Assembly (NCBI GenBank): GCA_044225365.1
Contig: JBGAIQ010000002.1
Coordinates: 116,451-180,450 of the forward strand
Direction of reading: 5' to 3'
DNA from: Planctomycetota bacterium
GTDB lineage: Bacteria; Planctomycetota; B15-G4; JADJEK01
DNA: 64,000 nt
The notes below the pieces were generated by a model that made no database searches, was not told the DNA's origin, and saw only the letters and a list, made by a program, of their open reading frames with translations. The position numbers and the translations under genes are program-made. Positions 1 to 9,893 of the stretch are shown here, piece after piece (position 1 is the first letter of the stretch; each line of letters opens with the position of its first letter).

Positions 1-55
1 TCGTCCGAACGATTCGATTCTCCGTCTTGGTCCATGGAGTGCACTTCGTTTCGGT

Positions 56-3000
56 TCAGTCGATGTAGAGGAACTCGTTCAGATTCATGATCGTGAGCGC
101 GAGCGCGGCCATGGCGTGCTGTGCGCTGTCCACGCGCGGGAGCGCCGCCTCGATCGTCGTTTTGCCGGAGGACATTGCGAGTCGCTCGAGCGTGATCCCA
201 CTGCCGTAGGTCTTGATCCCGACGCGTCCGCTCCGCGTGGCCGGCGTTCCGCCGTCGTTTCCCTCGAGGGAGATCGGAGGCTGACCTTCCTGCGAGATCA
301 CGGCGTGCACCTTGGCGCCCGCGAGACTCACGACGAGCTCGACCGGAACGAGTGTGCGGATCGCCGCCGCTCGTCGCGCGAGTTCCGTCGCGACGCCGTT
401 GTCGTGCGACAGCAGTATGAGGGCGCCCGGCGAACTCGCGCTCGGCGGTTCGATGCGGACCTCGATCCCGGCAGCGACGTCGCCGTCCACCTTGCCGCGT
501 ACGAGCAACCCGCAGTACGGCGAGTCCTCGTGCATTTCGAAACGGGCGGCGACCTCGCCGTCGACGAGTTCGTGATCCTTCCACAGCGCGCACGGACCTT
601 CGAGGCGATCGACCTCGTACGTCACGTTGTAGTCGTTGCCGAATCGGCCCTTCAGCACTTCGAACGTGTCGGCCGGTGCGCGCAGGATGCGATCGCCCGC
701 GAGGATCGCGAGGAATCCGCGTTCGAGCCGCGGGGGGACGAGTGACTCGATCACGGTCGATGGCGCGCGCGTCGCGACGGCCGCCGTCTCACGCTCCACG
801 AAAGCTCGCGCCGCGGTGAGTTCGCTTGGAGTCGGCTTGCGCGAGAGAGCCCGTTCGAAGACGAGTTCGATCGCGCGGGACGTGTCGCCCTTCGCATCGG
901 CGAGCACGCGGGAGGCGAACGCTTCGGACTGGCGGCCCGCGAAGTCGCCATTCAAGAGTTGCAGCGCTTGCGTCGGGACGGTCGTCACCGCGCGTCGTCC
1001 TTCGGGGAGCGCGGAGTTCGGACAGTCGAAGGTCTCGAGCAGGGGCGTGAGCAGGTTGCGCTTCACGAACGCGTAGAGCGAGCGGCGCTGCGTCTCCGCC
1101 GCGGGCGAGATCCTCATTCCTTCGCCCGGCCGCGACAGTCCGGCGAGCGCTTCGCGGGGCAAGGGCTCGAAGAAGCTCGGGCCGCCGCGAGTCGTCACGA
1201 GACTGCCGCTCGCCGCGAGGATCGAATCGCGCAGCGTCTCCGCCTCGAGGCGATGGCGATTCTGGCGCCACAGCAGTTGATTGCCGGGATCGACGAGGCT
1301 CGCTCGCTTCGCGACGGCATCGTCGACGGTCGAATCCTGACGATACGTGGACGAGAGCAGGATCTCGCGATGCAGCCACTTCAGGCTCTCACCGTGCTTC
1401 ACGAACTCGCTCGCGAGATGATCGAGGAGTTCGGGATTCGTGGGGGGCGCGCCGGCCTTGCCGAAGTCGTTCGGCGTCGGGACGATTCCCTCGCCGAAAT
1501 GATGCTGCCACACGCGATTCACGATCACGCGGGCGGTGAGCGGATTCGAGGAGTTCGCGATCCACTCGGCGAGCACGCGGCGGCGACCGCTCGATTCGGC
1601 GTGCGCGGAGCGGGTGATCTTGGAGGGCATCGCCGCGTCGTCGCTCGGCGCGAGCGCCCGCGGGAAGTGCGGCGCGACCTCTTCAGCGGGTGACGAGGCC
1701 TGGCCGCGAACGAGCAGATGCGTGACGGGCGGGGGAGTCGTGTTCTCGCGGGCGCAGAGCGCCCAGTCGAGATGACCCTGGAACGACTCGCGAATCGTGA
1801 GCCGCTCGCGTTGGAGGCCGAGCAATTGGATCGCGCGAGGATGGTCCTTCGAATCGAGGAGATTGAGCGCGCGCTGTTCGTCGATGCCGCTCTTGACCGC
1901 ATCGATGATCTCGCGCTGTTTCGCGTTGCGGTCCTTCTCCGGGGTGTCCCACGCGTCCTTCAATCGCTTCGCCGTCTTCGCCCGCTCCTCGATCACGAGC
2001 GTCCGCGCTCGTTCGACGAGGTCGGCGGCCTCGCTCTCGATCGCTTTCTTGCGCTCCTCGCGTTCGGCATTCCACTTCTTCATCGCCGCGGGATCGGAGC
2101 TCAGCATCGCGAGCGTCGGCGAGTCGGGCGCGAATTTGCCATCGTCGTAGCGCCGGAGGTTGCGGAGGAACGCGAGCAGTCCGTAGTAGTCGGTCTGCGG
2201 GATCGGATCGAACTTGTGATCGTGACAACGCGCGCATCCGATCGTCGTCCCGAGGAAGCCTTCGCCGATCGTGCGCACCATGTCGTCGAGTTCGTCGAAC
2301 TCGGCTTGGTCCATGTCGTCCGGCTCGCTGTCCCACGGGCCAAGGCGGTAGATCCCGGTCGCCACGATCGACTCTTTCGTCACCGCGTCGAGTTCGTCGC
2401 CCGCGAGCTGCTCGAGCACGAAGCGATCCCACGGCTTGTCCTGATTGAACGAGTCGACGACGTAGTCGCGATACCGCCAGGCGAAGGGCTTCTCCTGATC
2501 GCGTTCGTACCCCGAGGTCTCGGCATACCGCACCACGTCGAGCCAATGCCGCGCCCAGCGCTCGCCGTACTCCGGTCGCGAGAGGAGATCGTCGACGAGG
2601 CGCGCGTAGGCGTCGGGCGCCGGATCCAGAACGAAGCGATCGATCTCCTCTGCCGAGGGCGGCAGACCGATGAGGTCGAAGTAGACGCGACGCGCGAGCG
2701 TCGCCTTTGCCGCCGGCTCTGCCAGCATGAGCCCCTTCGCTTCGAGCTTGGCGAGGACGAAGGCGTCGAGCGGCTTCACGACGCGATCTTCGGCCTTCAC
2801 GGTTGGAACGGCCGGCGCCACGACCGGGCGGTATGCCCACCATTCGCGGCCCTTCGCGATGTCGATCTCCGATTCGCTCGACGTGTTGGATGCGGTGTTC
2901 GAAGCGAGTGCCGTCGGCCACGGTGCGCCCAGTTCGATCCATTGTTCGATCACTGCGATCTCGTCGGCCGCGAGCTGCTGCTTCGGCGGCATCTCGAGCG

Positions 3001-3325
3001 ACTCGTCGGTCCACTTCAGCGCCTTCACGAGCAGGCTCTTCGCCGGTTCGAACGGGACGACGACCGCTCCGGAATCGCCACCCTTCTTCAGAGAATCGGC
3101 ATCGGCGAATCGCAATCCGCCCTTCGGCCGCGCGACGTTCGGGCCGTGACACTTGAAGCAATGCGTGTCGAGGAGTGGGAGCACGCTCTTCGTGAACAAG
3201 GCTTCGCCGGTGTCGTCCGTCGCGCGCGGGCCGCAAAGCGCGACCGATGCAACGCCCCCCGCGGCGAGAGCGAATGTCGAGAGGGCGCTCCGCGCGATGG
3301 CGGACCGAATCGAACGAGGGGGCAT
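56..3325 (-). CDS. Planctomycete-type PSCyt/PSD1 (DUF1549/DUF1553) cytochrome-c-domain protein
   Basis: There is a 1,130-aa ORF. Trimmed to the Met at 3325 it gives MPPRS followed by a hydrophobic signal peptide. A CFKCHGP motif (CxxCH heme-binding site) lies near the N-terminus. The length and composition match the family that is abundant in Planctomycetes. Confidence 0.8.
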   Translation of the reverse strand: MPPRSIRSAIARSALSTFALAAGGVASVALCGPRATDDTGEALFTKSVLPLLDTHCFKCHGPNVARPKGGLRFADADSLKKGGDSGAVVVPFEPAKSLLVKALKWTDESLEMPPKQQLAADEIAVIEQWIELGAPWPTALASNTASNTSSESEIDIAKGREWWAYRPVVAPAVPTVKAEDRVVKPLDAFVLAKLEAKGLMLAEPAAKATLARRVYFDLIGLPPSAEEIDRFVLDPAPDAYARLVDDLLSRPEYGERWARHWLDVVRYAETSGYERDQEKPFAWRYRDYVVDSFNQDKPWDRFVLEQLAGDELDAVTKESIVATGIYRLGPWDSEPDDMDQAEFDELDDMVRTIGEGFLGTTIGCARCHDHKFDPIPQTDYYGLLAFLRNLRRYDDGKFAPDSPTLAMLSSDPAAMKKWNAEREERKKAIESEAADLVERARTLVIEERAKTAKRLKDAWDTPEKDRNAKQREIIDAVKSGIDEQRALNLLDSKDHPRAIQLLGLQRERLTIRESFQGHLDWALCARENTTPPPVTHLLVRGQASSPAEEVAPHFPRALAPSDDAAMPSKITRSAHAESSGRRRVLAEWIANSSNPLTARVIVNRVWQHHFGEGIVPTPNDFGKAGAPPTNPELLDHLASEFVKHGESLKWLHREILLSSTYRQDSTVDDAVAKRASLVDPGNQLLWRQNRHRLEAETLRDSILAASGSLVTTRGGPSFFEPLPREALAGLSRPGEGMRISPAAETQRRSLYAFVKRNLLTPLLETFDCPNSALPEGRRAVTTVPTQALQLLNGDFAGRQSEAFASRVLADAKGDTSRAIELVFERALSRKPTPSELTAARAFVERETAAVATRAPSTVIESLVPPRLERGFLAILAGDRILRAPADTFEVLKGRFGNDYNVTYEVDRLEGPCALWKDHELVDGEVAARFEMHEDSPYCGLLVRGKVDGDVAAGIEVRIEPPSASSPGALILLSHDNGVATELARRAAAIRTLVPVELVVSLAGAKVHAVISQEGQPPISLEGNDGGTPATRSGRVGIKTYGSGITLERLAMSSGKTTIEAALPRVDSAQHAMAALALTIMNLNEFLYID

Positions 3326-3474
3326 GGATGGGAGCTTCACGAGTAAGGCGATGATAACTCGCGCCGCAATCTCCGGCAAAACCGCCCGGTCAGGATCCGT
3401 GGAGAAATCGAGCGAGCCGGTAGACTCCGTGGTCTCTCTCGACCGCATTTCGTGCGGGCGAACCGCCCGAGCCG

Positions 3475-4761
3475 ATGACCGTCACCCGACCCTTGACCCT
3501 GCCCACGCTTCCACCCTCGCTTCCATCCTCTTCGCTTCGAGTGGCGCTCCACCGAGCGTTCTTCCTCGCGAGTTTGGTCGTTGCGTGCGGAGGATGCGAG
3601 CGCTCGCAGGAGGAGTGGTACTCCGACCTTCGCGCGGACGATGCCTACGATCGACGCCTCGCCGTCGTCGCGCTCGCCCAGGGCGGGGCGCTCGGCGTGC
3701 GCGAAGCCGCGGGCGTGCTCGCGGCGAAGCGCGATCACGACAAGTTGGTCGCCATCTCAGCGGGGCGAGAGTGTCGCGACTACGCCCGCCGCGAGGCCTC
3801 CGTCTTCGTGAACGTCGTCCTCGCGACGGATGCCGAACTCGAAGGACGCGCGATCCCGGCGCGCGCGATCCGACTCGACGCTGCGGAGATCGTGATCGAG
3901 GAAGGGACGAAGACGGAATCGCAGGCGCTCTACGAAGCGATCGTCCGCAAGCCGCCGATCCTCGGCGCGGAGATCTTGGAGATCGCATCGAACACCTTCG
4001 CGCGGATGGGTCGACGCAGCCTTCTCGTGCTCGAACAGGCGATCGCTGCGCAACGTCCCGTAGAGCAGTTGCTCGTGTTCCGAGTGCTCGCGAGTTCACT
4101 GGGGCTCGATGACGCCGCGGAACAGCAAGCCGCTCTCGACTTCGTGAAGGCGCACGAGATCGCCTCGCAGTTCCCCAAGCTCTTCATCGCGCAGTCGTTC
4201 GCGAATCCCTCGCTCGCGAGCACGATCGGCATCGAGGCCTGCGGCGAATACGCGGTCGCGGTGCGGCCGGGTTACGTCGCGCGACTCGTCTCCGACTTCG
4301 CGAGCGGCGGGCCCGGGGGAAGCGACGTCTCGTTACGAGCGGGGGAATCGCTCGCGAGGCTCGGACCGCTCGCGGCGGCCTGCATCGCACCGCTGCTCGA
4401 GGACTCGAATCCGGCGATCGTGCGCGCCGCGATCCGCACCTTCGCTCGTCTCGAATCGGGGCCGGCGCGACTCGCCGCACTCGCCTCGCTCGACCCGCGC
4501 GCCGAGTCGGACAAGGAGGCCTTCCGCAGTCTGGCATCGGCGATGAAGGAAGCGGACGTCGACGAACTCTTGAAACTCAGCGGGGACCGCAACGCCGAGT
4601 CGAGGATGCGCGCCGCGATGATCTTCGCATCGCTCGCAATGGGAGCATTCGGCGGACGGCTCGAAGTCGCGATCGACCGGCTGGCGCATGATCCGAATGG
4701 CGAGGTCGCCGCGATCGCCCACACGGCGCCGAAGCGAGATCGCAGCAATGGCGGGAAGTGA
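3475..4761 (+). CDS. HEAT/armadillo-type repeat lipoprotein (hypothetical)
   Basis: The ORF has an ATG at 3475. A hydrophobic stretch ends in VVACGGC, which is lipobox-like. The rest consists of alpha-helical repeats rich in A, L and R. The third codon position is strongly GC-biased. Confidence 0.65.
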   Translation: MTVTRPLTLPTLPPSLPSSSLRVALHRAFFLASLVVACGGCERSQEEWYSDLRADDAYDRRLAVVALAQGGALGVREAAGVLAAKRDHDKLVAISAGRECRDYARREASVFVNVVLATDAELEGRAIPARAIRLDAAEIVIEEGTKTESQALYEAIVRKPPILGAEILEIASNTFARMGRRSLLVLEQAIAAQRPVEQLLVFRVLASSLGLDDAAEQQAALDFVKAHEIASQFPKLFIAQSFANPSLASTIGIEACGEYAVAVRPGYVARLVSDFASGGPGGSDVSLRAGESLARLGPLAAACIAPLLEDSNPAIVRAAIRTFARLESGPARLAALASLDPRAESDKEAFRSLASAMKEADVDELLKLSGDRNAESRMRAAMIFASLAMGAFGGRLEVAIDRLAHDPNGEVAAIAHTAPKRDRSNGGK

Positions 4762-4771
4762 ACGACCGCAC

Positions 4772-4879
4772 GGACCGCCGGGCCGGACCGGCATGGATAT
4801 GCGGACCGCCGGGCTCCGCCCGGCATCTTCTTGAAGGCGCCAGGCCCGTCTCCTTGGACCGCCGGGCTCTGCCCGGCAT
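4772..4879. repeat. Three tandem copies of a 23-24-bp mini-palindrome (GGACCGCCGGGC-N3-GCCCGGCAT) immediately after the stop codon
   Basis: Copies lie at 4772-4794, 4803-4826 and 4856-4879. Each contains the GCCGGGC/GCCCGGC inverted repeat. Confidence 0.7.
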
Positions 4880-4999
4880 CTCATGAAGTCTACGGGCCCA
4901 AGCCCCGGCGCTTCGTTCTCCGCAACGAGCCCAATGGGATCGATAGGAATAAGGTCGCTCTGCGTGCCGGTATTTGTCTCTTCTACACGTTGGTCTTGC

Positions 5000-5494
5000 T
5001 CAAGAGATCCACCACATGTGGTCCTCGGTCACGATCCAAACTCCACTCCGTCGCTCGACCGTATACGTGTTTCCCGATGCGCTCAACCCGCCCTCGAAAT
5101 ATCCGCCCTCGACCTCGACCTTGTCGTCACCGATCCATTTGATTTCTCCCACGTTGAAAGACAGGCCCTTTGCGCCATCTATCTTGTGATGAATGCGAGT
5201 GTCGAGGGGGGACTGCGCGCCTGCGGAGCCCGGCAACACACGCGGCGAGATGTCTTTGAATCTCGCGAGAAACTGCGGGGTCGGGTCTACCTTACCGCCG
5301 TCGATCGAGATGAAGTAGTATCGCACTTTATTCTGCGCCGCAGATGCGTTGTGCTCGAATTCGTAGCGGAAGACTGCTTCGCGGACGTCATCGACCTCGG
5401 CGCGTCGCCGTTCTTCCTGTCGCGCCTCCGGACTCATGCATGCGAACGCAAGGAAAGCGCAGGCCAGAAACGCGACAGCAGCGCGAACGGACAT
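5000..5494 (-). CDS. Small lipoprotein (hypothetical), within the lower-GC island
   Basis: The ATG at 5494 begins MSVRAAVAFLACAFLAFACMS, a signal peptide with a lipobox. The product is 164 aa. Local GC is clearly lower than in flanking DNA. Confidence 0.5.
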   Translation of the reverse strand: MSVRAAVAFLACAFLAFACMSPEARQEERRRAEVDDVREAVFRYEFEHNASAAQNKVRYYFISIDGGKVDPTPQFLARFKDISPRVLPGSAGAQSPLDTRIHHKIDGAKGLSFNVGEIKWIGDDKVEVEGGYFEGGLSASGNTYTVERRSGVWIVTEDHMWWIS

Positions 5495-6133
5495 GAGAGA
5501 TCCTTTCGATTGAGCGCACGGCGAACGCGGAGACAGAGAAGCGACTGAACGCGCTAAGGGTGTTACGTGGTCGCGGCCAAGACGGGTTCCAAGCGTTGAG
5601 CATCCTACCTCCCGTCCATCGTATTCTTCCGGCCGAGCACTGTGCTCCCCTCGGAGAAAGAGATGCGCCTTCGGGGCCGAGGCGGCGAGAAGGACGAGAT
5701 CGGCGACGTCGGTGCCGAGGATATCGACTGCGTGCCGGCGTCGGTGATCGTGCGCGAGTACGTGCGACCGCCGTACGCGAGCCGGATCGCCCCCCTCGAT
5801 CGCCCCGATTCGGCTGGGGGGCTGGGGGGCGACCGCGTAGACCATCCTCAGGGCGGCTCGCAACCGCTAGTAACCAACAGGGGACTGTTCGGATCCCATC
5901 CGACTCGGGGTGGGGCGGGCGTGACCACGAGCAGGGTGGATTCGCGTGATGGGCGTGGCCCGGCGGTACGCCGGGAACAGTCGCTCGAGCCGATGTTCGC
6001 CGTTGCTTCGATCCCGTCTCGCCTGATAAAAGCACAGTCCGAATGTGACTCCGCAATGAACTCGGCCTGCAAAATTCCCGCATTTGTGGCGGATGTCGAG
6101 CTTCTCTTTTCGAGCACCCGTAGGCAGCCGCCC

Positions 6134-7606
6134 ATGAACAACCGCGTCGTTCGCAGTTCGGTCTTCATCGCGTTCTTCACGACCGCCTTCGGTTCGTCTA
6201 TCGGCGTTGCTCCATCCGCCCACGCCCAGTCGATGAAAACTCGCGTTGGCAACATCGAACTCGAACGGGGTGTCCCAACCGAACAAAGCGCGCATGAGCT
6301 GTTCGACAGCATGGATTTCCAGCGTGCCTGCCAGGCGTATCTTTGGGCGCTGCCCGCTGTCGGGTTCGAGTATGTACTCCGTGAACAAAGGAATGAGCTC
6401 GGCGCAAGAAACGGGGACGTCGTCGTTTGCAAGGGCTACCGAGACGTGAGTCGGTTCCTCACGCCGAATGTCACCACGCCTTATATCATCGGCTTCATGG
6501 ATCTGGCGGAAAGCGGACCGATGATGCTGCAAGTTCCCGAAGGTGCGATCGCCGGATCGGCGATGGACTTCTGGCAGCGCCCAATCACCGACTTCGGCAT
6601 GACGGGTCCGGATCAGGGCAAAGGAGGGCTGTATCTCCTGGTCGGGCCGGGGCAGTCGCTGCCTTCGCAGTTGCCCCCGGCGGCAATCGTCGTTCGATCG
6701 CCGACGTTCGGCGTTGGCTTCTTCTACCGCGCGCTCGACACCGATCCGGCGAAGGCCGAAGCGATGGAAAAGGCCATCCGCACCTACCCGTGGTCGCAGC
6801 GTGACAATCCGCGCGAGACACAACACCTCAAGCCCAACGCGCCGCAGACAGCGACCTTGCCTCGTGGTATGGAGTACTGGGAACAGTTGGCTGCCGTGAT
6901 CAACCGCGAACCCGTGGATGACCGTGATCGGTTCTTCGTGGCGATGCTCAGACCGTTGGGTATCGAACGCGGAAAGGAATTCAAGCCAGACGAGCGGCAG
7001 CGCCAATTATTGAAGGAAGGTGCTCAGGTTGGCGAGTTGATGGCGATGGCGAATTCCTTCGACAAGCGATTCCCTGGTTCGCGGTATCAACCGAATGCTC
7101 ACTGGGATTACGTCATCATGGCGGATCCGGCGCAGGACCTTCCGGACTACAGCCAGCTCGATGAGCGCGGGGCCTACTTCTACGAAGCTGTTGCCCTGTC
7201 GAAGGGGATGGTCACGAAGACACCAGGGGTCGGTCAGGCTTATCTAGGAAGTTATCGCGACAAGAACGGGCACGCCTTCGATGGAGGACTGTCCTACCGG
7301 CTCCGCGTGCCACCGCATCCGCCCGCCAAGCAGTTCTGGTCGGTGACGGTCTATGACACGCAGACGCGCGGCATCATTCAGAACACGCAACAGATCGCGG
7401 ATCGTTCTTCCCGGCAGGATCTGGTCACGAATGCGGATGGATCCGTAGATATATACTTTGGGCCAACGGCGCCCGCGGGCCTCGAAAAGAACTGGATTCC
7501 CACCGTTCCCGGCGGATCGTGGTTCGCCTACTTTCGTCTCTACGCCCCGTTGGAGCCGTATTTCGACCGAACCTGGCCGCTTCCGGACATCGAACTCGTG
7601 AAATGA
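6134..7606 (+). CDS. Secreted DUF1254/DUF1214-family protein (hypothetical)
   Basis: The ATG at 6134 begins MNNRVVRSSVFIAFFTTAFGSSIGVAPSAHAQ, a signal peptide. The C-terminal half carries an FWSVTVYD-type motif that I recall as typical of DUF1214. This assignment is from memory, not a search. Confidence 0.6.
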   Translation: MNNRVVRSSVFIAFFTTAFGSSIGVAPSAHAQSMKTRVGNIELERGVPTEQSAHELFDSMDFQRACQAYLWALPAVGFEYVLREQRNELGARNGDVVVCKGYRDVSRFLTPNVTTPYIIGFMDLAESGPMMLQVPEGAIAGSAMDFWQRPITDFGMTGPDQGKGGLYLLVGPGQSLPSQLPPAAIVVRSPTFGVGFFYRALDTDPAKAEAMEKAIRTYPWSQRDNPRETQHLKPNAPQTATLPRGMEYWEQLAAVINREPVDDRDRFFVAMLRPLGIERGKEFKPDERQRQLLKEGAQVGELMAMANSFDKRFPGSRYQPNAHWDYVIMADPAQDLPDYSQLDERGAYFYEAVALSKGMVTKTPGVGQAYLGSYRDKNGHAFDGGLSYRLRVPPHPPAKQFWSVTVYDTQTRGIIQNTQQIADRSSRQDLVTNADGSVDIYFGPTAPAGLEKNWIPTVPGGSWFAYFRLYAPLEPYFDRTWPLPDIELVK

Positions 7607-7631
7607 CACCCGTATTATTCTCATACAAACC

Positions 7632-8948
7632 ATGAAGACTATCTACCTCCGATTCGTTGCCGCATTCGCGTTGATCCTGACGGCGTTTCCTGCGGCCCGC
7701 GCGCAGGTTCCTGACAAGCAGACCTTGACCGACGCCTACGTCTATTTGCTCGGCCGCGCCATCGCCATCCGGCAGGAGCAGACGGACCTCAAGGAGCCGG
7801 GCATCGACTACAACGTCATCAAGTACAACCCAGCGGGGTCCGCGGATTTCGTGAACCCGAATCTCGACGTCGCCTACCTCGAAGCGTGGATCGCCGTCGA
7901 CGACAACACGCCGGCGGTGCTCGAGGTGCCGGAAGTGAAGGGGCGCTATTACACGGCGCAGATTCTCGACGAGTGGGGCGAGGTCATCACGAACATCAAC
8001 GAGCGCAATTATCCGACGCATCCGTTCGGTAGGTTTGCATTCGTCGCGCCCGGCTCCACGGCAACCGTCCCTTCGGACGCCGCCCGCATCGAATTGCACT
8101 CGCGCAAGGCCAAGTTGCTCGGGCGAGTGGAGCTGAAGACGGACCCTACCGGCGCGATGGCCTTGCAGAAGCAGTTCAAACTCACACCCCTCGGCAAGCC
8201 GGTCATCCAGCCCGCCGCTCCGATGGCGTCGTTCGGGAACGAGAAACTGATTGGGGTGGAGCTGTTCGACAACGTCGATGCAGTGTTGGCCAGCGCGCTG
8301 GATGTGTCGCCGATCGCAGCTCAGATGCAGGCCAAGGCACGAGACATCGGCCGGCAAGTCAAGGATGCTGGGAAGCGCCAGGCGATCGACAAGATGATCA
8401 AGGATGACGTAGTCCCTCAGTTCCTCCGGTACGCCGTCACGAAATCGGGTGCGTTCCAGAACAACTGGCTCGCGACACTAGGCACAGGCAACTATGGCGC
8501 CGACTACTGGAAGCGCAGTTCGGCGAACCTGGTCGGACTCTGGGCGAACGCCAACGACGAAGTGATCTACTTCGTCGCCACGCGGGATGCCGACGGTCAA
8601 CCGCTCAATGGCGCGAACGACTATGTGCTCGAGTTCTCTCCCGCGAACCGGCCAGACGCCGTGGTGAATGCCTACTGGTCGGTGATCCTCGTGGATGTGC
8701 CCGACTACCGGGTCGTGAAGAATCCGCTGAACCGTTTCAACTTCAACAGCGATTCAGGCCTGAAGAGCGAGGCCGACGGTTCGCTGAAGATCCTCTTTTC
8801 TTCGAAGCCGAATTCGGCTGTGCCGGAATCCAACTGGTTGCCGTCCGCGCCCGCCAAGGGATTCTCCCTCACGCTGCGAACCTACGTCCCCAAAGACCTC
8901 GTCAAGCGTGGTGAGTGGTTCCCCCCGGCAATCAAACGGCTGAACTGA
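7632..8948 (+). CDS. Secreted DUF1254/DUF1214-family protein (paralogue of 6134..7606)
   Basis: The ATG at 7632 begins with signal peptide MKTIYLRFVAAFALILTAFPAARAQ. It has the same overall architecture as the preceding gene, including a YWSVILVD motif, and sits in tandem with it. Confidence 0.6.
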   Translation: MKTIYLRFVAAFALILTAFPAARAQVPDKQTLTDAYVYLLGRAIAIRQEQTDLKEPGIDYNVIKYNPAGSADFVNPNLDVAYLEAWIAVDDNTPAVLEVPEVKGRYYTAQILDEWGEVITNINERNYPTHPFGRFAFVAPGSTATVPSDAARIELHSRKAKLLGRVELKTDPTGAMALQKQFKLTPLGKPVIQPAAPMASFGNEKLIGVELFDNVDAVLASALDVSPIAAQMQAKARDIGRQVKDAGKRQAIDKMIKDDVVPQFLRYAVTKSGAFQNNWLATLGTGNYGADYWKRSSANLVGLWANANDEVIYFVATRDADGQPLNGANDYVLEFSPANRPDAVVNAYWSVILVDVPDYRVVKNPLNRFNFNSDSGLKSEADGSLKILFSSKPNSAVPESNWLPSAPAKGFSLTLRTYVPKDLVKRGEWFPPAIKRLN

Positions 8949-9085
8949 GGGGCGTGAACGCCGCGTCAATGCGGAAGGACTGGAACGCGTTACCCAGCCG
9001 TGCGCCACGACGCTGGGCGCTCTTCGGCATCCGTCACGCCGAGGATAGTCGCTTCGGATCGATGTCGGACTCGACGTCATAAGAC

Positions 9086-9370
9086 CTACGCAGTCGATGG
9101 ATTTCCCGAAACGGTGACTTTCACGGTGGTCGCTCCGCGTAGTGCCTTCGTCCCTCCCCGGGGCGACATGCTTTCCACCCCGTGCGGCGTGAGTATCGCG
9201 ATGTCGGTCTCGTGGCCGATCCGGAATAGGACGTCGCGGAAGTAGATCTTCGGATCGAGCCCGACCGCTGGCCAGTTCATTCGACTCGCGGCGAACGGTC
9301 GAAGCCCGCACTCGGCGCGGTTGTTATCGAACCCGGTCCGACCGTCGTCGAGGAAGGTCTGTAGCGCCGC
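9086..9370 (-). pseudogene. IS66-family transposase C-terminal remnant
   Basis: The minus-strand translation reads FLDDGRTGFDNNRAECGLRPFAASRMNWPAVGLDPKIYFRDVLFRIGHETDIAILTPHG. This matches the conserved IS66 TnpC C-terminus (FLDDGR.xxDNNxAER...R.N..F.GS...LDPxxYLRDVLxRI...I..LLPW). It is only about 95 codons long and is followed by unrelated sequence. Confidence 0.55.
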
Positions 9371-9451
9371 GCATTGATTCCGTCTGTAGCGGCGGGAAAG
9401 ACCCTTTACTGCTGGTGCCCTGGAGCGGGCACGAGACCGATCCCGAGAAAG

Positions 9452-9893
9452 GACGCGCGATCCCGGCGCGCGCGATCCGACTCGACGCTGCGGAGATCGT
9501 CATCGAGGAAGGGACGAAGACGGATTCGCAGGCGCTCTACGAAGCGATCGTCCGCAAGCCGCCGATCCTCGGCGCGGAGACCTTGGAGATCGCATCGAAC
9601 ACCTTCGCTCGGATGGGTCGACGCAGTCCTCTCGTGCTCGAACAGGCGCTCGCCGCGCAGCGCCCTGTGGAGCAGTTGCTCGTCTTCCGAGTGCTCGCGA
9701 GTTCGCTGGGGCTCGATGACGCCGCGGAACAGCAAGCCGCTCGATGATCTTCGCGTCGCTCGCCGTGGGAGCGTTCGGAGGACGGCTCGAAGTCGCGATC
9801 GACCGGCTGGCACACGATCCGAACCCGGAGGTCGCCGCGATCGCCCACACGGCGCCGAAGCGAGATCGCAGCAACGGCGGGAAGTGAACGACC
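9452..9893 (+). pseudogene. Truncated, internally deleted duplicate of the HEAT-repeat lipoprotein gene (3475..4761)
   Basis: 9452-9740 is about 95 % identical to 3843-4130. 9742-9893 is near-identical to 4615-4764. The N-terminal 368 bp and an internal 484 bp are missing, and the reading frame switches at the junction. The identical post-stop sequence (CGACCGCACGGACCGCCGGGCCGGACCGGCAT) follows both copies. Confidence 0.75.

Noticed and set aside
1683-3346. 517-aa minus-strand and 542-aa plus-strand ORFs inside the PSCyt/PSD1 gene
   Set aside because: They lie within or opposite a gene with a clear cytochrome-c motif and family architecture. Their composition is dominated by R, A and G.
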